From: Octopus bimaculoides | Lineage: Eukaryota | DNA length: 64,000 nucleotides | NCBI RefSeq assembly: GCF_001194135.2 | Contig: NC_068986.1 | Span: 115,882,216-115,946,215, forward strand | Direction of reading: 5' to 3' | Part shown: piece by piece, positions 42,472-56,117 of the stretch | Position numbering within the stretch: the stretch's first letter is position 1 | Layout: every line of letters starts with the position of its first letter | Notes under the pieces: generated by a model | What the model was told of the DNA's origin: nothing | Databases searched by the model: none | Seen by the model: the letters and a program-made list of their open reading frames with translations, nothing else | Position numbers and translations under genes: made by a program

Positions 42472-42750
42472 AGTAGTCTGGATTTCAAAGGCCCACAGTT
42501 GTTCAGCATCCTTCCAGGCAACCTTAGAGATCTACATGGTATCAAAGTGGAAGTTTTCAAAGAGCATCTGGACAGGTTTCTATCTGAGATGCCAGATGAG
42601 CCCACATCGTGGCAGGGGATGCAGAGAAGGGCAGCACTGTCCAACTCACTATTTCTCCAAAAACGATATCGGAAACAACACCGAGTAATTACAGGTGTGC
42701 ACCAGCCTGACCTCAGCCCTGGGCTGAAACCAGTAAAAGATAAAAAATAA
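42472..42750 (+). mobile_element. CR1/L2-group LINE 3' end fragment
   Basis: SLDFKGPQLFSILPGNLRDLHGIKVEVFKEHLDRFLSEMPDEP resembles the C-terminal motif of CR1-group ORF2. Confidence 0.65.
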
Positions 42751-43338
42751 AAAAACACATTGTGAGACACTTAACTTCTGATGGAATTGTAAGGTTGCTG
42801 GTATGACACATGTGTCAGGGGAATTTGAAACCAAGTACAATCAATACCTCTCCAGCTTTGAACATATCTCATTTCTTCGAGAGAGAGAGAGAGAGAGGAA
42901 TCGATTCTGGTACTTGAATGGTACTTCAGTTATCAACATTGAAGTGATGGTATACCTCAGCAGGATTTGAACTGACAACAAGTGGAGCTGGAATGAATAA
43001 TGCAAAGCATTTTGTCTGACATTCCAGTGACATAATTTCAGTGACGTTTGAAAATGTGTGTGTGTGATTGTCTTTTCCTATCTATATTTTCTGTAATGAC
43101 TCTGCACTTAAAATCTAAAATAGTAACACTGTTTAGATGGTGCCATTGTTGACATCTCCCATGAAGTATGTTGGGCCAGCTGTTGTATGGGTCACTGTTA
43201 CAAGGAGAACAATGGGTCCATTATTTGCTAACAAGGTTTGGCAACAGGAAGAGTATCCGGCCACAGAAAACTGTCTCCACAAATCCTGTATCTCACACCA
43301 GCATGGAAAGAGAAGACATTAAAATAATAATAATGATG

Positions 43339-43388
<50 letters not shown>

Positions 43389-44131
43389 GTATGTATCTTC
43401 TTTATCTTTACCTTTTGTTTCAGTAATTAAATTGTGGCCATGCCTTGAAGGATTTTAAGCCCCCAAAAGTCAACTTCAGTACTGAGTTTTCTGCTTTTAC
43501 GTTTGATATATATTCTGTTGGTGTCTTTTGCTGAACTTCTAAGATATGGGGATGTAAACAAACCAACAGCAGTTATCAAGTGGTAGGTAGGTCTTTGAGA
43601 TACAGACATGTATACACAATCATGCATACACACATAGATATAAGATAGGCTTCTATACAGTTTCCGTTTACCACTCATGAAGAATTGCTTAGTCTGGAGC
43701 TATTGTAGAAGACATTTGTCCAAGGTGCTGTGAAGTAGGACTGAACTCAATACCATATGATTGCAAAGTGAATGTTGTGAAGGCACACAAACTTGTGATT
43801 AGAATGTTTGACCTCAGAATTATAAAGTTGTGGTTTCAATTCTAAGACAGCGCAGTGCATTGTACTTTAGCAAAAACACTTCATTTTCTGTTGTTCTAGT
43901 CTGCTCTGCTGAAAATAATTACCAGTAATGTCTTGGGGTTGGGGTAAACCAGTGACACATTGGTGTTTAGTTCAAAAGGCAGTGTTGTACTCCCAGTTAC
44001 TTATATACCAAACAAAAAAAAAGAAAACTAGGATAAACACCTGCTTAATGATATTGTAGGGTTGTGACAGACTTAGATCTAAGGGGTGTGTGTGTGTGTG
44101 TTTGGTTGTGTCTTGGAAGAGCCATTACACC

Positions 44132-44165
<34 letters not shown>

Positions 44166-44476
44166 TGCACAGGTTCAAACCCACTCCTTTATTTTTAGTC
44201 ATTTTGTTAAGTATCTAACCAAGTAGCTCATTGATGGTTTGTTTGATGTGTTGGTTTAGCAGTCAATTGGTTTGTTGGTCTGTCAAAGTTTCTTTTGTTT
44301 TCCAATTGCATCCTTTTCAGTGACTCGTGATCTCCAGACTCACTTTGAAGGCTGCTTTCAAATATGTATATATATATATATATATGGGAGAATGTACGAA
44401 AAAAAACAACAACAGACGAGGACACGTGGTGTAAACAACAAAAGGATGTATTAGTTTGACACTCGGGAATACAGAA

Positions 44477-44517
44477 AGTCTTTAACGTTTCGAGCTACGC
44501 TCTTCAACAGAAAGACT
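44477..44517 (-). ncRNA. Minimal hammerhead motif (A6U variant) in a Penelope-like terminal repeat remnant
   Basis: AGUCUUU CUGUUGA A GAGC-gua-GCUC GAA ACGU U AAAGACU. Perfect 7-bp stem I and palindromic ACGU. Confidence 0.6.
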
Positions 44518-44553
44518 ACGGAGAAAACAAGGAGAAAAACACGGAGAAAAAAA

Positions 44554-44603
<50 letters not shown>

Positions 44604-47600
44604 CACATATATACATATATATATATATATGGCTGTGTGGTGAAAAGGCTTGCTTGCTAACCATCTGGTCTTGGTTTCAATCCTACTATGTGGCACCTTG
44701 GGTAATTGTCTTCTACTATATCCCTGCGCTACGAGTTGGTTTGATAGTTAGAAACTGGAAGAATCCTATCGTGTGTGTATGTAAGTGCACCTTTGTTTTG
44801 ACATGATGTAATAGTTGTAAACAAGCATCACTGTCATCCAAGCGATGTTGTTTGTTTCCAGTCTTCCATGAAAAACGCGTTTGGTCATGGGGAAATATTA
44901 CCTTACTTGGAACCAAGTGGAGGTTGGAGACAGGAAGGGCGTCCAGCTGTAGTATATATATGCTTCAGTAAATTCTGTTTGACCCATGCAAAGCATAGAA
45001 AAGTGGACATTAAAATGTGAGTGATGATCATGTATTGTAAAATAAATCTAAGATTGCAGCTTATAATGTGTTAATAAATCAAATGGAATGAAATACTGCA
45101 GACGGTTGTAAACAACCTCTCTTATGTAAAGTCTCTGTATGAACATGAAAAGAACATTTTAGATGTCTTGTGTGTGTTACAGCATCAAAACAAACACTGC
45201 TTCATTTGTTAAGAACATTATATATATATATATATGTGGCTGTGTGTTAAGGTATACCTACAACATCACCCTAACAACACTATCTCTCCCATTCTGTCTA
45301 GACATATCTACAACCATCCTAACAACACTTTCTCTCCCATTCTGTCTAAAAGTATACGGTTACAGCAGCACCAATAAGCTTTACTAGCTTCAAATGCTGT
45401 ACTCAGATGTACAGAGGAAATGGTAACTCCAACAAAGTCTACCTTCCCCATATCTATTTGAACCACCACCAGAGGGCGCCTCTGTGTTGTTATGTGCTTT
45501 GCTACATATAGTAGCCAAATTTCTCTCAAATAACGTTGTACCGTTTTAAAAAGAATGACAGAGTTCAGTGAGTTCAGGAATGTAGAATCTTAACATTTTG
45601 ACCGTTGGCCTTCATCCAGGAGTGAGGAGTGGTGTTGCTAGGGTTTTTAGGAAGCTTTGCAAATGCACACCATTACCCTGATTTACCCTGATTTAGCCTT
45701 TTGATTTGGCTGTGGTTAAGAAGTTTACTTCCCAGCTGCATGGCTTTCCGGTTCAATCTCTGTGTGTGGCATCTTCAGCAACTGTTTTCTACTGAAGCCC
45801 TGGGCTGACCAAAGCCTTGTGAGTGGATTAGGTTGAGAGAAACTGAAAGAAGCCTGTCATGCATATGAGTGTGTGTGTGTGTGTGTCCTTGTCTTGACAT
45901 TATGTCAGTGTTGTAAATAAACACCATTTGTTTTTCAATATCCTGTGAAAAATGCCTGGCCACTGAGAATTATTACCTTATTTGGAAACAGGTAAGGGTT
46001 GGCAATAAGAAAGGCATCTGGCTATAGAAAATCTACCTTGGCAAATTTCATTTGGCCCATGCAAAGATGGAGAAGTGAATGTTGAAACATTGATGATGAT
46101 GATGATGATGATGCAGCGTGTGTGCAAATGAGATGGCCTCTGCTGAAACCCTTTTGATAATAGGTCTGCTGGATTGCTGTAGCTGACCTCGGGCTACACA
46201 ACAACCACCTTGACCACTAAATATTCCAATGGTGATGATGTTACTGTTGCTTAGCAGCTCTTGGTCTGTTTTGACTGAGAAGATCTACAGTGAAAGATAT
46301 CGAATCCATGGACTTCTCATTCCTTTCTTGAGTATTGTACATCTCAGATCACGTTATCCAAGTTTTCCAAGTCAGTAGAATATAATATGAACATTTGGTT
46401 GCTATTTCTAGCAAACGAAGCAACCACACGGAAGTTCCCTCATTAGCTTATTGATGCTGTTTTGTTTTGTTTTGGTTTAACCCCAGGTCAACCTAATCTA
46501 ACAGACCAAGGTCAAAGATACTCCATCCACGGTAACCCTCTATCGAGGTGTGCATCATCCAATTTCCTTCTTTGTCTCAGAGAGTAGTCTTTGAGTTGGG
46601 AAATATTTGGCTGCTATTTCTAGCAAGTTGATTGATCATTTAGAAGCTTCCTTGTAGGCTGATCTTTGATACTTTAATTGCAGCTGGAGGTATAAAATAC
46701 ATTATATATCATCATCATCATCATCATCATTTAACATCCGTTTTTCCATGCTGGTATGAGTTGGATACTTTGGCAGGAGTTGCAAACCAGAAGACTGCAC
46801 CAAGCTCTGTTGTCTGCTTTGGCATGGTTTCTACGACTGGATGCCTTTCCAAATGTCAACCACTTGATAGTGTGTATTGAATGCTTTTTGCATGGCACCA
46901 GCACTGGAGGCAGGGGTCACCAAGAAACATAGCAAGACAAAGACCCCCTTAACTAGGATAGGAATAGTATTTAAGATGGCTTTGTGCCAGTTGATGAGAA
47001 GTGGAAAAGTATAATAAGAGGGATTGAGATAGGGGTTTTAACTGTAGAAGAGATTACATGCCCATCCCATTTGGAAAAGAAAGAATGAGTTAGAGAGAAA
47101 GAGGGACAGAGTTAAAGATTGAAAGAGAGAGAGAGAGAGAGAGATTTCTGAAAGAGTTTTGCTTTTATTTTTTACTTATGACCAACAAAATGAATTGAGA
47201 ATTGTTCTCATAATTCTATGAGCTTGCCTGTGCTCAAACTTTCCCCGGTGGAAAGGTTTTCTCTCAGAGGAAATATTTGTTCATTTACTCCAGATTGATA
47301 TAATTATGAATTTTTAACAGCATCCACACCTGCCGAACCTAAATGCTGACCATTATCTTTCGAACTTGTCATCACTGTTGCTGAAATAATCATTAATTCA
47401 GTTTATTTCGTCATCACTTGATTCAGTGTTCTAATTTGCAAACTGCCAAATCCGTGTCTTCATTTAATGACTGGTCTGTTTTTCTATGTTGGCATGGGTC
47501 GGGCAATTTGACAGGGTCTGATGAGCTGCAGATCTGCCTTAGGCCCCAATGACAGCCTTGGGTTGGTCTCTACAGTTGAATGTTCTTCCTAAAGCCAACC

Positions 47601-50600
47601 ACTTTACTGTGTATATAACACAAATGATGCTCAAAATTAATAAACTTACCATATTATTTAACCATGACACTTGTATCATCTGTTACAATTGCAATTATAT
47701 TGTTTTCCAAATCAATTTTGTTTCTGGAAGTTCAATAACTTTTTCATCTGTTGATCTTCACCCTGCTCCTCCCTATTTGATATCAGTCTTCCTTGCTGGC
47801 ATGGGTTGGATGCTTTGACAGAATCTGACCTGATGGAGGACTATGATGACCATCAATGCCTTTCTTTGACATGATTTCTACAGCTGGGTGTCCTTCCTAA
47901 TTCCAACCACTTTACAAAATGTACTGGGTTCTTTTTTTCATGGCACCGGCACCAGTGAGGTTGCCAAATGACTCCTGAAACAGTGAAAAAAGCCCTCCAT
48001 GGACAGAGGATAAGAAAGGATAGGTGGGCAAGTTTATGAAAGTATGAAAGAACAAGAATGACAGATAGTTAGAGATGAGGGTCAAGATGAATGTAGAGAA
48101 TGATGAACAAGGTGTGTGTGTGTGTGTGGGGGGGTTTGATGGTAAATATCAATAAGGTGTGAGGGGAGGTGAAAGATGTTGGAGTGGCTCAGGAAAGAGA
48201 GAGGATAAGTGACAGTAGAGGAAGGGTGGAGAACAGCTGTAAGCTTATAGAAGATAGGTCAGAAAATAGGGTGATGATGTACAGGAAGGGAGATAGATGT
48301 ACAGTGATAGGGATGGAAGTCAGAGGTATGTAGGGGTGGCTTAGTGAGTAGGGGGATAGGAAAGGGGGGGGGGAAGCTGCTGATGGCACAAATAAAAGAT
48401 GAGGTATTTCCTTAAACCCTGATCATTCCTTATATTTGTACATACTGCCACATTATAATAAATACATTGTACCGCTTACACATATTGTTCTGACCCATGC
48501 AAGCTTGGAAAAGTAGATGTTAAAATGATGATGATGATGATAACCTGTACATAATTATATTAAACATATATTTGTACACACCTACACACAATCATATATT
48601 TGTACATACTCACACATACATACATTTGTGCACCCCACCACATATGCATATATTTGTACACCTCCACACATTATACATACATTTGTACAAACCCATGTAT
48701 ATATTGAGACATGTTTGTTCTTTTCTTTCTCCATTTTTTTACTCCCCTCGTCTTTTCTTTCTATAGCAGAGTGTATACTCAAAACATAAAAGAATCTTTT
48801 CCTTCTATTTTTCCTGAGTGTAAGTCTTATACACCATTTTTTTTCTTTACCTCATCTTCGTGTATTTTTATTTTTGCACCAAATGTATATCCATATAGAT
48901 GTAATTATACTACACATAGCTATATATGTGTATATGCATCCACACATAACGATGTTATTTGTACAAGTCTACACATAATTATCTATACATTTTTACACAC
49001 CCACATCCTATACTTACCTGGCCACATGTCTACACACAATATATACTTTTATACACACCCATATCTCCTTTCTTATAGAAAATGGATCAAATGAATGAGG
49101 TGTTGGCCCAATTGATCAACATCTCAAAGTCTGCTTGAAGCTCTTTTGTTGTTGATGTTGTTTAGCCTAGTTAAGGGCACCAGTTGAGCAGGTCTGTGAT
49201 CACTGGTGCCCCATGTGTCTGTTGTATATGTGTGGATATATTGGAAATTGATGCTTTACCCCATTGCTTCTCTGAGTTCCGCATTTCTCTTGCATTCTTC
49301 AAGGAACATGTATTAAGCACTTACAACCCTCCACCCCCACCACACACACTCTGCTGTATGGTTAAGAAGTTTGCTTTCCAATCACATAGTTTCAGGTTCA
49401 GGCCTACTGCGTGGTGCCTTGGGTAAGTATATTCTGTTACGGTACAGGGCTGACGAAGCCTTGTCAATAAATTCTGTAGATGAAAACAGTGTTGGAGGGG
49501 GGGTCTAATCTGCGTATGTGTGTGTGTGTGTGTGCCTCGACATCGCAATAGTTGTGTCCTTTATTTTGAACCTTCCTTGAAAACATGTTTGACCATGGGG
49601 GAAATATAACCTTGCTTGGCAACAAGTGAGGCTTGGTGACAGGAAAATCCACCTCAACAAATTCTATCCAACTCATGCAAGCATGGAAAAAGGGACAGTA
49701 AAATGATGATAAGGAGGAAGAATTTCTTTTATTCTCTGTTTATCTCTATATAAGTGTGTGTGTGTGATCATCATCATCATCATTGTTAAATGTCTGCCTG
49801 CCATGCTGGCATGGGTTGGACGATTCGACAGGAGCCTGCACTAGTCTTCTGTGTCTGTTTTGGCAGGGTTTTTATGGCTGGATGCCCTTCCTAACACCAA
49901 CCATCCAGCAGAGGGGACCAAGTGCCTTTTAAGGTTTTACTGCTGGTTGCCCTTCCAAATGCCAACCACTTCACAGTGTGGAATGGATGCTTTGTATGTG
50001 GTATCGGCATTGGCAGGGTCATCAAGTAACTTGCAAAACAGCAATCATTTTAGAAGGGAGGGAAGGGGTATTGGAAGAGGTGATCTTGTCTCAACTGATG
50101 AAAGGTTTATAGTGAGACAGAGACAGAAACAGATGTAACTTCACGAGTGCTGGTTCCACATAAAAAGCACCCAGCAGACACTCTGTAAAGCGGCTGGCAT
50201 TAGGAAGGGCATCTAGCTGTGGAAACTGTGCAAAAGCAGACATTAGGATTTGGTGCTGTCTTCTGGCTCATCAGCTCCTGTTGAACTGTTCAACCCATGC
50301 TAGCATGGACGATCAACAATAAATGATGATGACGATACCCATACACACACACACACACACACAATGATACACTTTGTAGTTGTATGGAAATTAATATATT
50401 AATATACTAAGTCACTCCAGTGTGTTATTGTTAGGTTTTCCAAAAGACATATTTACGTAATCTGTTTTAATAGTTCATAAATTAAAAGGAAAAAAGGGAG
50501 AAAAAAATTGCACACAATTTTGGGTTAGGGTTATTCTGTCATTGAAACATACACGAGTTGTTGTTGTTGTTGTTGTTGTTAAACGCAGCTGATTGGCAGA

Positions 50601-50809
50601 ACCATTAAAGTAGCAGCATATAATTGCTTTGCAGTATTTGTTGTGGCTCTTTGCATTCTGAGTTCAAATCCTGCCAAGGTTAACTTTTCCTTTCATTCTT
50701 TTGGGGTCAGTTAAATAAGTACCAGTTGAGCCCTGGGATCAATGTAATTGACTTACCCCTTCCCCTAAAATGGGTGGCCTTGGACCAAAATTTCAATTAT
50801 TATTTCTAA

Positions 50810-51425
50810 GGGTGTCTGAGAAGACCTGTTGAGTCAAGTAAAACCAATATTGTAGTTGTGGCCAGTGCCCCCCGACTGGCTCCCGTGCTGGTGGCACGTA
50901 AAAAGCACCATCTGAATGTGGTTGCTGCCGGGTCTGCCTGACTGGCTCCCATGCCAGTGGCACGTAAAAAGCACCATCTGAATGTGGTCGACACCAGGCC
51001 TGCCTGACTGGGCCAATGCCAGTACCCCCTGACTGAGTCTTGTGCCGGTGGCGCGTAAAAATACCATCTGAACGTGGCCAATACCAGTACCCACGAATGG
51101 GTCTTGTGCCGGTGGCGTGTAAAAAGCACTATCTGAATGTGGCCGATGCCAGTACCCCCTAACTGACCCCTGTGCTAGTGGCACGTAAAAAGCACTATCT
51201 GAATGTGATCGATGCCAGGCCCGCCTGACTAGCTCCTGTGCTGGCGGAATGTAAAAAGCACCCACTACACTCTCGGAGTGGTTGGCATTAGGAAGGGCAT
51301 CACGCTGTAGAAGCATTGCCAGATCAGATTGGAATCTAGTGCAGATGCTGGCTCTCCAGACCTCTGTCAAACCGTCCAACCCATGCCAGCATGGAAAACG
51401 GACGTTAAACGATGATGATGATGAC
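50810..51425 (+). repeat. RTE 3'UTR with about six ~66-nt tandem units plus terminal tail
   Basis: AAAA(G/T)(C/A)AC anchors at 50901, 50967, 51058, 51121, 51188 and 51254. Confidence 0.85.
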
Positions 51426-51819
51426 TGATTGGTAGTATAGTTAGTGTTAGACAAAATGCATTGCATGTATTCTGGGGATTTTCATGTTCCAAGTTCAAAT
51501 AACACTCACATCAACTTTGTTTTGCCACTTTCCAAGGTCGATGAAATGAAGAACCAGTTGCTTATGTCAGAATTTCGGGTGGGTTGTCTCACCTGTCTAT
51601 GACTTTGTGTTTTGACACCTGGTGCTTTAAAGGAATCATCTCCACAGCACCAAACTGCAGCCTGCTGGTAAACAAGCAAAGCACATACATTGATTATGTG
51701 TGTTTGATAATGTTTACAACTCTAACTCTGCTTCTAATTCATAATTGTTATTTATCCTTATGTATGCATTGCCTAGGCATGCCAGCAAATGGGTTTTTTT
51801 TAAATGCTATTTGCATATA

Positions 51820-52410
51820 GGCACAGGAGTAGCTGTGTGGTAAGTAACTTGCTTACCAATTACATGGTTCCAGGTTCAGTCCCACTGCGTGACACCTTGG
51901 GCGAGTGTCTTCTACTGTAGCCTCGGGCTGACCAAAGCCTTATGAGTGGGTTTGGTAGGCAAAAACTGAAAGAAGCCCATCGTTAATATGTATATATATA
52001 TATATATATATATNNNNNNNNNNNNNNNNNNNNNNNNNNNNNNNNNNNNNNNNNNNNNNNNNNNNNNNNNNNNNNNNNNNNNNNNNNNNNNNNNNNNNNN
52101 NNNNNNNNNNNNNNNNNNNNNNNNNNNNNNNNNNNNNNNNNNNNNNNNNNNNNNNNNNNNNNNNNNNNNNNNNNNNNNNNNNNNNNNNNNNGTGTATATG
52201 TTTGTGTGTCTGTGTTTGTCCCCACAATATCGCTTGAAAACTGACGCTGGTGTGTTTACGTCCCTGTAACTTAGCGGTTCAGCAAATGAGGCAATTAAAA
52301 TAAGTACTAGGCTTACAAAGAATAAGTCCTGGGATCGATTTGCTTGACTAAAAGGTGGTGCTCCAGCATGGCCGCAGTCAAATGACTGAAACAAGTAGAA
52401 GAGTAAAGAG
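51820..52410 (+). mobile_element. Full-length tRNA/CORE-type SINE (OR2-like) with internal microsatellite. Other copies at ~660, 1343, 13140, 14770(-), 19185, 37205(-), 37720(-), 38925, 43380(-), 44630, 45710, 49355
   Basis: Head ggctgtgtggtaag...ggttcagtccc, CORE-like gacaccttgggcgagtgtctt and tail gactgaaacaagta(a/g)aagag. The family name is tentative. Confidence 0.8.
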
Positions 52411-53022
52411 CATAGTCAAGGACTGGCAGTTCTGTTCAGGTACATGAGTGAGGTTGAGAAGCCACAGAAATGGCAAAATGTCGATGCCCTTGGCTCCTGA
52501 ATAGGATTTGGAGTGTATTGTGTCACTAGTCTATGACTTTCGGGTGTTTTAGACGCTGGCACTGAGATGGAGTCATCTCTACTGTGCCAATTTGCAGCCT
52601 ACCGGCAAATGAGCTGATCGCATACACTGAGTATAAGTGTTTGATTATATATANNNNNNNNNNNNNNNNNNNNNNNNNNNNNNNNNNNNNNNNNNNNNNN
52701 NNNNNNNNNNNNNNNNNNNNNNNNNNNNNNNNNNNNNNNNNNNNNNNNNNNNNATTTCCTTCATCAATACTGTATTCCAGTAGTAAATTTGACTTTGCTA
52801 GCATAGTGGGATTCTCAGCTTTTTTAGCTGCTATTTCTGAACTTCGGTATTTGGTGAAGCAAATATTTGCTGATCCCGTAATTATATTTATAAATATATA
52901 TGAGCTTTTAAATAAGTTCTCCACCAATAATGGTGCTTTCATACCGATGGGCTTGGTAAAAATTATTAATTGTTAATTGATTTATTAATTAATAAATTGA
53001 TAATCCTTTACCCTTTTAATTT

Positions 53023-53067
<45 letters not shown>

Positions 53068-53428
53068 TATACATACATACATGCATGGTCTGATCTATAA
53101 GTATCTAGTCTGTTGCCATATGTTACATGTGTTCCTTCCAAGCACTGCTGCAAAAAAACAGAAGTGAGCTAGGACTTTAAAATTTAGTGTACATGCACAA
53201 CAGAATCCAAGGTCAGTCTGTGCCATGCCGCTTCACTCTGTGTGCTTTAGCTTCGTTACTATGGCAACAGCCCAGATACTTATTGATCAGACCTTATATA
53301 TATATACATTTATATATTCGTTTTACAAGATTCTTGATGTGAAATCGTGTGTTGAAACAGATATTGTTCTATTTGGGTTGATCATTAGTAAGGAAAGACA
53401 CACAAATAGGAAAGAAGAAAGCAAAGGA

Positions 53429-53466
53429 CCACTGATGAGGTCACAAGTGTGACGAAAGAACTCTGG
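53429..53466 (+). ncRNA. Minimal hammerhead motif, canonical core
   Basis: CCA CUGAUGA G GUCAC-aagu-GUGAC GAA AGAACU C UGG. Confidence 0.55.
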
Positions 53467-53952
53467 CAGAAATACGATTTACGTAATGTAAAATAACGCT
53501 GAAACAAGTGAACACCAAATATATATATTTAAAACAATAGTGAGGAGGATATCATCCTCCTCCTCATTTGATGTCTGTTTCCCATACTAGCACTGGTTGG
53601 ATGATTTGATCTGGTGAGCTTCAGGGTCATATTCAGCTCCAGTGCCAACATTGGTGTGGTTTCTATGGTTCATTGCCCTTCATAATGCCAGCTATCTTAC
53701 AGAGTGTAGTGGGTGTGCCACTTGCAAGGCAAGAAAAGAAAAGAAAGGAAGAAAAAGAAAACACCCTTTTGAATAAAATGGGTGGAGTATTTGTGAAGTG
53801 GGAAGCAGTTTTATGACAGGTGTTGACAGGTTAAAGTGGGATAGAGGGACAAGCAAGGGTATCTTACTATAAAGGATATATATATATTTTTCAAAACGAA
53901 TCGTTGGCAATTTCCCCCCACCCTGTCTTTGTTTCCTATTGGACTTTCCTCT

Positions 53953-53987
53953 GTTTATGAAGAAGAGCTTTGCTCGAAACGTTAAAC
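53953..53987 (+). ncRNA. Minimal hammerhead motif (C3A, probably inactive), related to 44477
   Basis: GUUU AUGAAGA A GAGC-uuu-GCUC GAA ACGU U AAAC. Flanks are homologous to 44410-44470. Confidence 0.5.
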
Positions 53988-54335
53988 CGTCTTTCTTACC
54001 TTCCCTGATCGTCTGCTAATACTTTACATGTACCACGTCCTCGCATTGTTGTTTTTTTTTTGTGTTCAGGGGGCACTGGCATCAGCCACATTCAGATGGT
54101 GCTTTTAACATGCCACCAGCACAGGAGCCAGTCCGGCGGCACTGGCAACGGCCATGCTCGAATGTTGTTTTTATGTGCCACCGGCACGGCAATGCTGGCA
54201 ATGATCACGCTTGAATGGTGCTTTTTATGTGCCAATATCTCTCTCTCNNNNNNNNNNNNNNNNNNNNNNNNNNNNNNNNNNNNNNNNNNNNNNNNNNNNN
54301 NNNNATATATATTAGTTTGTGTATGAAATACAAAA

Positions 54336-54554
54336 TATGTATACATGCAAAATGAGGGGTCTTTCAGATGATGAATTTTGAAATATAAATATACAGACAT
54401 TTATATTCGCAGGTCCAACTTACATAGAGTACAAATGACAGAGAAAATTAAAGGGGTTTGTTCTCTGTGTAAGTTGGACATATTGATATAAGTGTCTGCA
54501 TAATTATACTTGAGTTCATCATCTGAAAGTTTTTATGTTTTGCATGTATACATA
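54336..54554. repeat. Imperfect foldback inverted repeat
   Basis: tatgtatacatgcaaaa...ttcagatgatgaa...tccaacttacatagag pairs with ctctgtgtaagttgga...ttcatcatctgaa...ttttgcatgtatacata. Confidence 0.75.
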
Positions 54555-54932
54555 CTCTTTTACTTGTTTCAGTCATTTGACTGCGGCCATGCTGGATCAC
54601 CGCCTTTAGTCAAGCAAATCGACCCCAGAACTTATTCTTTGTAAGCCTAGTACTTATTCTATCGGTCTCTTTTGCTGGACTGTTAAGTTACAGGGATGTA
54701 AACACACCATCAGCTGTCAAGCGATGTTGGAGGGACAAACACAAACACACACACTCACAGACACACACACGACAGGATTCTTTCAGTTTCCATCTATCAA
54801 ATCCACTCACAAGGCTCTGATTGGCCCAAGGCTACAGTAGAAGACACTTGCCTAAAGTGCCATGCAGTGGGACTGAACCCAGAACCATGTGGCTGGTAAG
54901 CAAGCTACTTACCACACAGCCACTCCTGCACC
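54553..54932 (-). mobile_element. Full-length tRNA/CORE-type SINE
   Basis: Reverse complement of the 51820-52410 family. Confidence 0.8.
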
Positions 54933-55199
54933 TACACACACACACATAAAGACACACAGACACTGGTATACAAATAATCAGATAGAGATCCACCATTAGT
55001 TTATTGAATATAAACACTTTCATTTTCATTATATTCTTACTCGCACGCATGAGCATTGCCTACGCACGTGTATCCACAGTCACATGTATTCAGATTGAAA
55101 CCAGCTTTTATCAAGCATATTTCTGATCAATATACACTGGATAGGTTGCTTGAAAATGGTGTAAAATGATTATTGGTTGATGTAACAGCAGCTACTTTT

Positions 55200-55790
55200 G
55201 TGTGTAAAGGCGTGTATGTAGGGTGGTGCAGGTGGGAGGAATATTGGGCTGGATCTTGGAAATGAAGGTGTGAAGAAGAAATATGTTGGAAATATGTTGA
55301 GTGGCAAAGTGGATCAGATGATGGTGACTAGAGTGAGATGAAAATGGACAAAGTTGTAGGAACTGGGTGGCTTGCTAATGAGATGGGAGGTATTTCTGAA
55401 ACTGAAAGGTGTATGCTGCACATGTGAGAAGTGTTACAATTTATGGGAGCAAGACCTGGGTAATAAATGTAGAAAATTAGAGAAGGTTGGAAAGAATGGA
55501 AGTGAGAATGGTTTCATGAATAGCTGGTGTATTGCTGTGAGAGAGGAAGGTGAAGAATGACTTGCATTTGATGATGGGAATAGAGGCAGTAATAATATAT
55601 AGTGTAAAGAGAAATGGGATGACATGGTTAGATCATGTGCTGAAGAAGGCTGGAAATGATTTGAGTGAGTGAGATGATGGTCATGAAATGTAGAAGGAAG
55701 TATTGGAAGGGGGGAAGACTGAGGAAGACATGGCTAAAGGTAATGGGGCAAGAAGGTGGTTGTGGTGGGATGTAGGGGAATAGAATAGAA
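55200..55790 (+). mobile_element. Highly degraded RTE-like LINE 3' ORF remnant
   Basis: Residual similarity to the RTE C-terminal region seen at 15.7 kb. No intact ORF. Confidence 0.45.
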
Positions 55791-55967
55791 TGGAGAAGAC
55801 TATTGTGGAGCTTCCATCCTGCTACATTGTAGTTGCAGAGTTGACATTGCTAAAGAGACTTGAGCCAGGTGTCATGGAATGACCAGGTGAAAATAATCTC
55901 TCTTCATTAAAAAAAAAAAAAGAAAGAATATAATGAATAAATATATGTCTGTATGTATTCAAATGTG

Positions 55968-56020
<53 letters not shown>

Positions 56021-56117
56021 CAAAAATTTAGATTCAGATGAATTAGGTACTTGAGTTGGGGCACCTGAATTTAGTACGGTATTATCCATACAGTTTCAAA
56101 ATAAGGTGATTAAAATC

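Noticed and set aside
50858-51260. CRISPR-like repeat/spacer appearance, also at 16400-16715
   Set aside because: The units are degenerate tandem copies with no unique spacers, lie inside a LINE 3'UTR in eukaryotic DNA, and no cas genes are present.
52526-52976. Overlapping ORFs spanning an N gap
   Set aside because: Inflated by Ns and containing the recurrent gctgctatttct repeat motif; no homology recognised.
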